Under the pieces are notes generated by a model that was not told the origin of the DNA, ran no database searches, and saw nothing but the letters and a program-made list of their open reading frames with translations. This document shows positions 61,172 through 64,000 of a DNA stretch of 64,000 bases, one piece after another (the stretch's first letter is position 1; every line of letters starts with the position of its first letter). The DNA is taken from positions 1 to 64,000 of the forward strand of contig FLMG01002522.1 in the NCBI GenBank assembly GCA_900088475.1. Direction: 5' to 3'. Source of the stretch: Hyphochytrium catenoides (Eukaryota > Protista > Hyphochytriomycota). Position numbers and translations under genes: made by a program.

Positions 61172-64000
61172 ATGTTGGCGGTCAACCACCATCCTACAGC
61201 CCAGGACCCCTCCCAAGAGGGTCCAATCTTGCTCCAGAAGGAGAGAAGCAAGGCCTCCTTCTGCACACGAGCGATGACTGAGGCACTATACGGTGAGCTC
61301 GGTTATAAACCATCAGCTTCCAAATGACCCAAAATTGACCTCCGAACCATTCGATCTGCAGGTGGCGCCGACAACGCCAAACGACGGGAGTACCTAGCGA
61401 AGGAATTCTTGGATGACCCCGTTTTTTCTGCCATAGACCGGTAGGGAAAAAAAATTGCTATCGGAGGGCCAATGGTCTCAGCTGTCTGATCATAAACACG
61501 CAGTCCCTTCATGAACCATACTCAGCAGTACAATCGCGCTCTGGAAAAAGCTCACCATTTCATCAAAAAGACCAAGAAGTTAGGCGTGGAGCCTTGTTCC
61601 CAGGAATGGGGGTGAGTGTTCCCCAAGAACCTAGCCAAGCGCTAATGGATGGAGCTTGAACGTCAGTCTCATGCTCGCTTGTTCCCTTAGCTTCTGCTAT
61701 ATGCTTCTGGGTGAAGTGCTGCCCATTGATGTGCACAACAGCATGTTTTTGCCTACGCTGCTGAACCAAACGACCCCCGAGCAGAAGGAGAGATGGTATT
61801 ACCCAGCAAAGGACTTCAAGATTCTGGGTGCTTACGCACAGGTTTGCTACCTAACTCTGAGCATTCTTCTCACTCGTTGAGCTGGTTTACACCTACCCGC
61901 ATCTCTATGTAAGCTGTCCTTGGCTAACGTCCGTTCGATCTGTAGACCGAGCTGGGCCACGGTTCGAACCTTAGAAAGTTGGAGACAACGGCGACCTACG
62001 ACAAGGAGACTCAGGAGTTTATTATCAATTCTCCGACATTGACCAGTGAGACTTATTTCTCCTTGGCTTTCTCATTGCACTCGTCTCTCTATTCTAAGTC
62101 AGCTGGATTATGGATATGCTGCGTCTGTCATCCTCCCGCACCTGACACTTTCCGCCTTTTTAGGTACAAAATGGTGGCCAGGAGGACTTGGTCGCACGGC
62201 TACTCATACCATTTTACTGGCTAACCTAATCCTAGACGGCAAGGACTATGGCATGCACACCTTTATTGTGCAGATAAGGAGCCTTAAGGATCACACTCCC
62301 CTCCCAGGCATCACTCTGGGCGATATTGGGCCCAAAGTCGGATTCCAAGGCATTGATAATGGTATGTCACATGCTGAATCTCTGCCTCTTCTGCGTGCTC
62401 CTTTCCTCTATAGCTTGTTCTCCTCGTTCTCTTGTGGCTCGTCTCTACATTGACCTCAGTATGATGAGTGTTACGACGGCCTTCACTTGGTCAGTTTCCC
62501 GCGACTTTGTCCACTCTGCCAAATATTTAAAAGTGGAATGCTTCAATGGAGCTGAGCAAGCATGTGAATTGCTGACAACGTCTTTCTCCCTAGGCTATGC
62601 TTCTTTCAACCATGTGCGCATCCCCCGTGACCAGATGTTGATGCGTTATGCCCAAGTCACTCCAGAAGGGAAGTACATCCAGCCCCCGGGACATCAGATG
62701 CAGTACATCACCATGCTCCACGTCAGGGCTAACATCATACAGATGTGCGGCTTCATTCTGGGCATGGGCACCACGATCTCTACAAGGTGCTGACAGTTGC
62801 TCTGCACGTTTTGAAGAGTTTTTAGCCCTTCGTCGAGCTATCAGCATTGCTTCTTTCTGTCCTCTGATCCGTTCTGACCATTAGTTTAATGCCCATACGC
62901 TGCTTCGTGTTGGTCCACACGTGTCATAGTCCACCTAGAGCTATTGCCCTTTATACTTTAGCTTGACATCTCATCTAATAGCCCACTCCCGTCCCACCTC
63001 TTTAGGTATAGCGCCGTCAGAAAGCAAGGCAATGGCGCGGACGGGAAGGAGGTTCAGGTAATGATACCGAGCAGGATGTATATCCCACATGAAAGACATC
63101 TGACCCTCTCCTACCTTGTAGGTCTTGGACTATCAGCAGCAGCAAGCAAATCTCTTGCCTCTCATTGCAATATGTAAGCCTTGGTGACCAACCTCCAGCA
63201 CATTGTCACTAACTTACGACTCTGGCATCGATTGCATCATCCTCTTCAGCCTATGCCGGACATTTTGTGGGGCAGCGGATCTTGGAGCAGTACGACGAGA
63301 CTATGGCAGCTATAAATCGGGGGGATCTCTCGCTGTTACCTGAGATGCATGCAACTAGGTAGCATGTCACATCTATCTACCTTTACTCAAATGTTCCCGT
63401 CCTAGTCTATTAGTCATTTTAATATTTGTCCTCCATACACTCTGTTTGCAGATCGCTATCTTTCTCTTAGATGTCCCGCTTCTAATCCGTGACGGCTTGC
63501 GATGCCTACGACCCTTATCTCACTAGTTTCCTTATGGAATCCTTTTAGCTCTATTATGAAGGGTATGTTCAGCCATCTGGCGTCAGATGGAATGGAGCAC
63601 TGTCGCAGACTCTGCGGCGGTCACGGATATTCTTACGCCTCCGGTATCCCTGACAAGTCAGGGAATCTGGTAGCCGCTTGCACCTATGAGGGCACAATTG
63701 ATATCCTGGCCCAACAGACAGCGAGGTAACGATATGCGCAAGAGCACTCTTATACAGGGAACTATACCTAGTTGAACCATCAGACGCGTCTTCGTCGCAT
63801 AGTTGTGCGATTGCTTTCAAACAGCACCACATTGAACCGAGATGCCTCTCTTGCGTCACAGGTATCTCATCAAGTCAGTGAACCTTGTGGCGAAGGGAAA
63901 GAAGCTGACCGGAGCGGCAAAGTATTTAGAGAGAACACCTTCGCTATTGGGGTACAGATCATCAGCGAAGACGGTGGAGGAGCTGAAAACAGTTGATGTC
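61172..64000 (+). CDS. ACOX1: Peroxisomal acyl-CoA oxidase, 5' part (runs off the window)
   Basis: [18 protein letters not shown]|[60 protein letters not shown]. Confidence 0.93.

Noticed and set aside
13980-64000. PEX10 and ACOX1 as a peroxisomal gene cluster
   Set aside because: They are about 45 kb apart with unrelated genes in between.
1-64000. CRISPR arrays, rRNA/tRNA genes, alternative genetic code
   Set aside because: I saw no spaced repeats or RNA-gene signatures by eye. In-frame stops in conserved genes are explained by introns.

Overview
Gene-dense eukaryotic nuclear DNA (about 50% GC, standard genetic code, many short GT-AG introns, abundant (GA)n/(TC)n tracts, two N gaps). It is most likely from a flagellated protist; the YJU2 sequence looks stramenopile-like, which is my inference. 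After splicing by eye the window contains, in order: a Lys-rich protein with an ALYREF/UIF-type UAP56-binding motif (+), a divergent intronless MOB-domain protein (-), COG1 (-), PEX10 (+), an NF-YB/Dr1-type histone-fold protein with a long N-terminal extension (+), METTL13 (-), a mucin-like type I membrane protein (+), a PA-domain SPPL2-type intramembrane protease (-), DDX11/CHL1 helicase (+), YJU2 (-), a small single-pass membrane protein (+), a secreted CSLREA-like protein (-), CCDC180/CFAP76 (+), alpha-glucan (glycogen) phosphorylase (-), ERMARD (+), a decayed intron-containing transposon gene (CCHC knuckle plus DUF6729/Zisupton-like region), and the 5' part of acyl-CoA oxidase (+). The most notable structure is a fold-back inverted duplication of transposase-like sequence. 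Its arms are about 170 bp and it starts 76 nt after the ERMARD stop codon, so host read-through could make a hairpin RNA, as at the maize Mu killer locus. Gene identities come from remembered family motifs, not database searches, and exon boundaries were assigned by hand.
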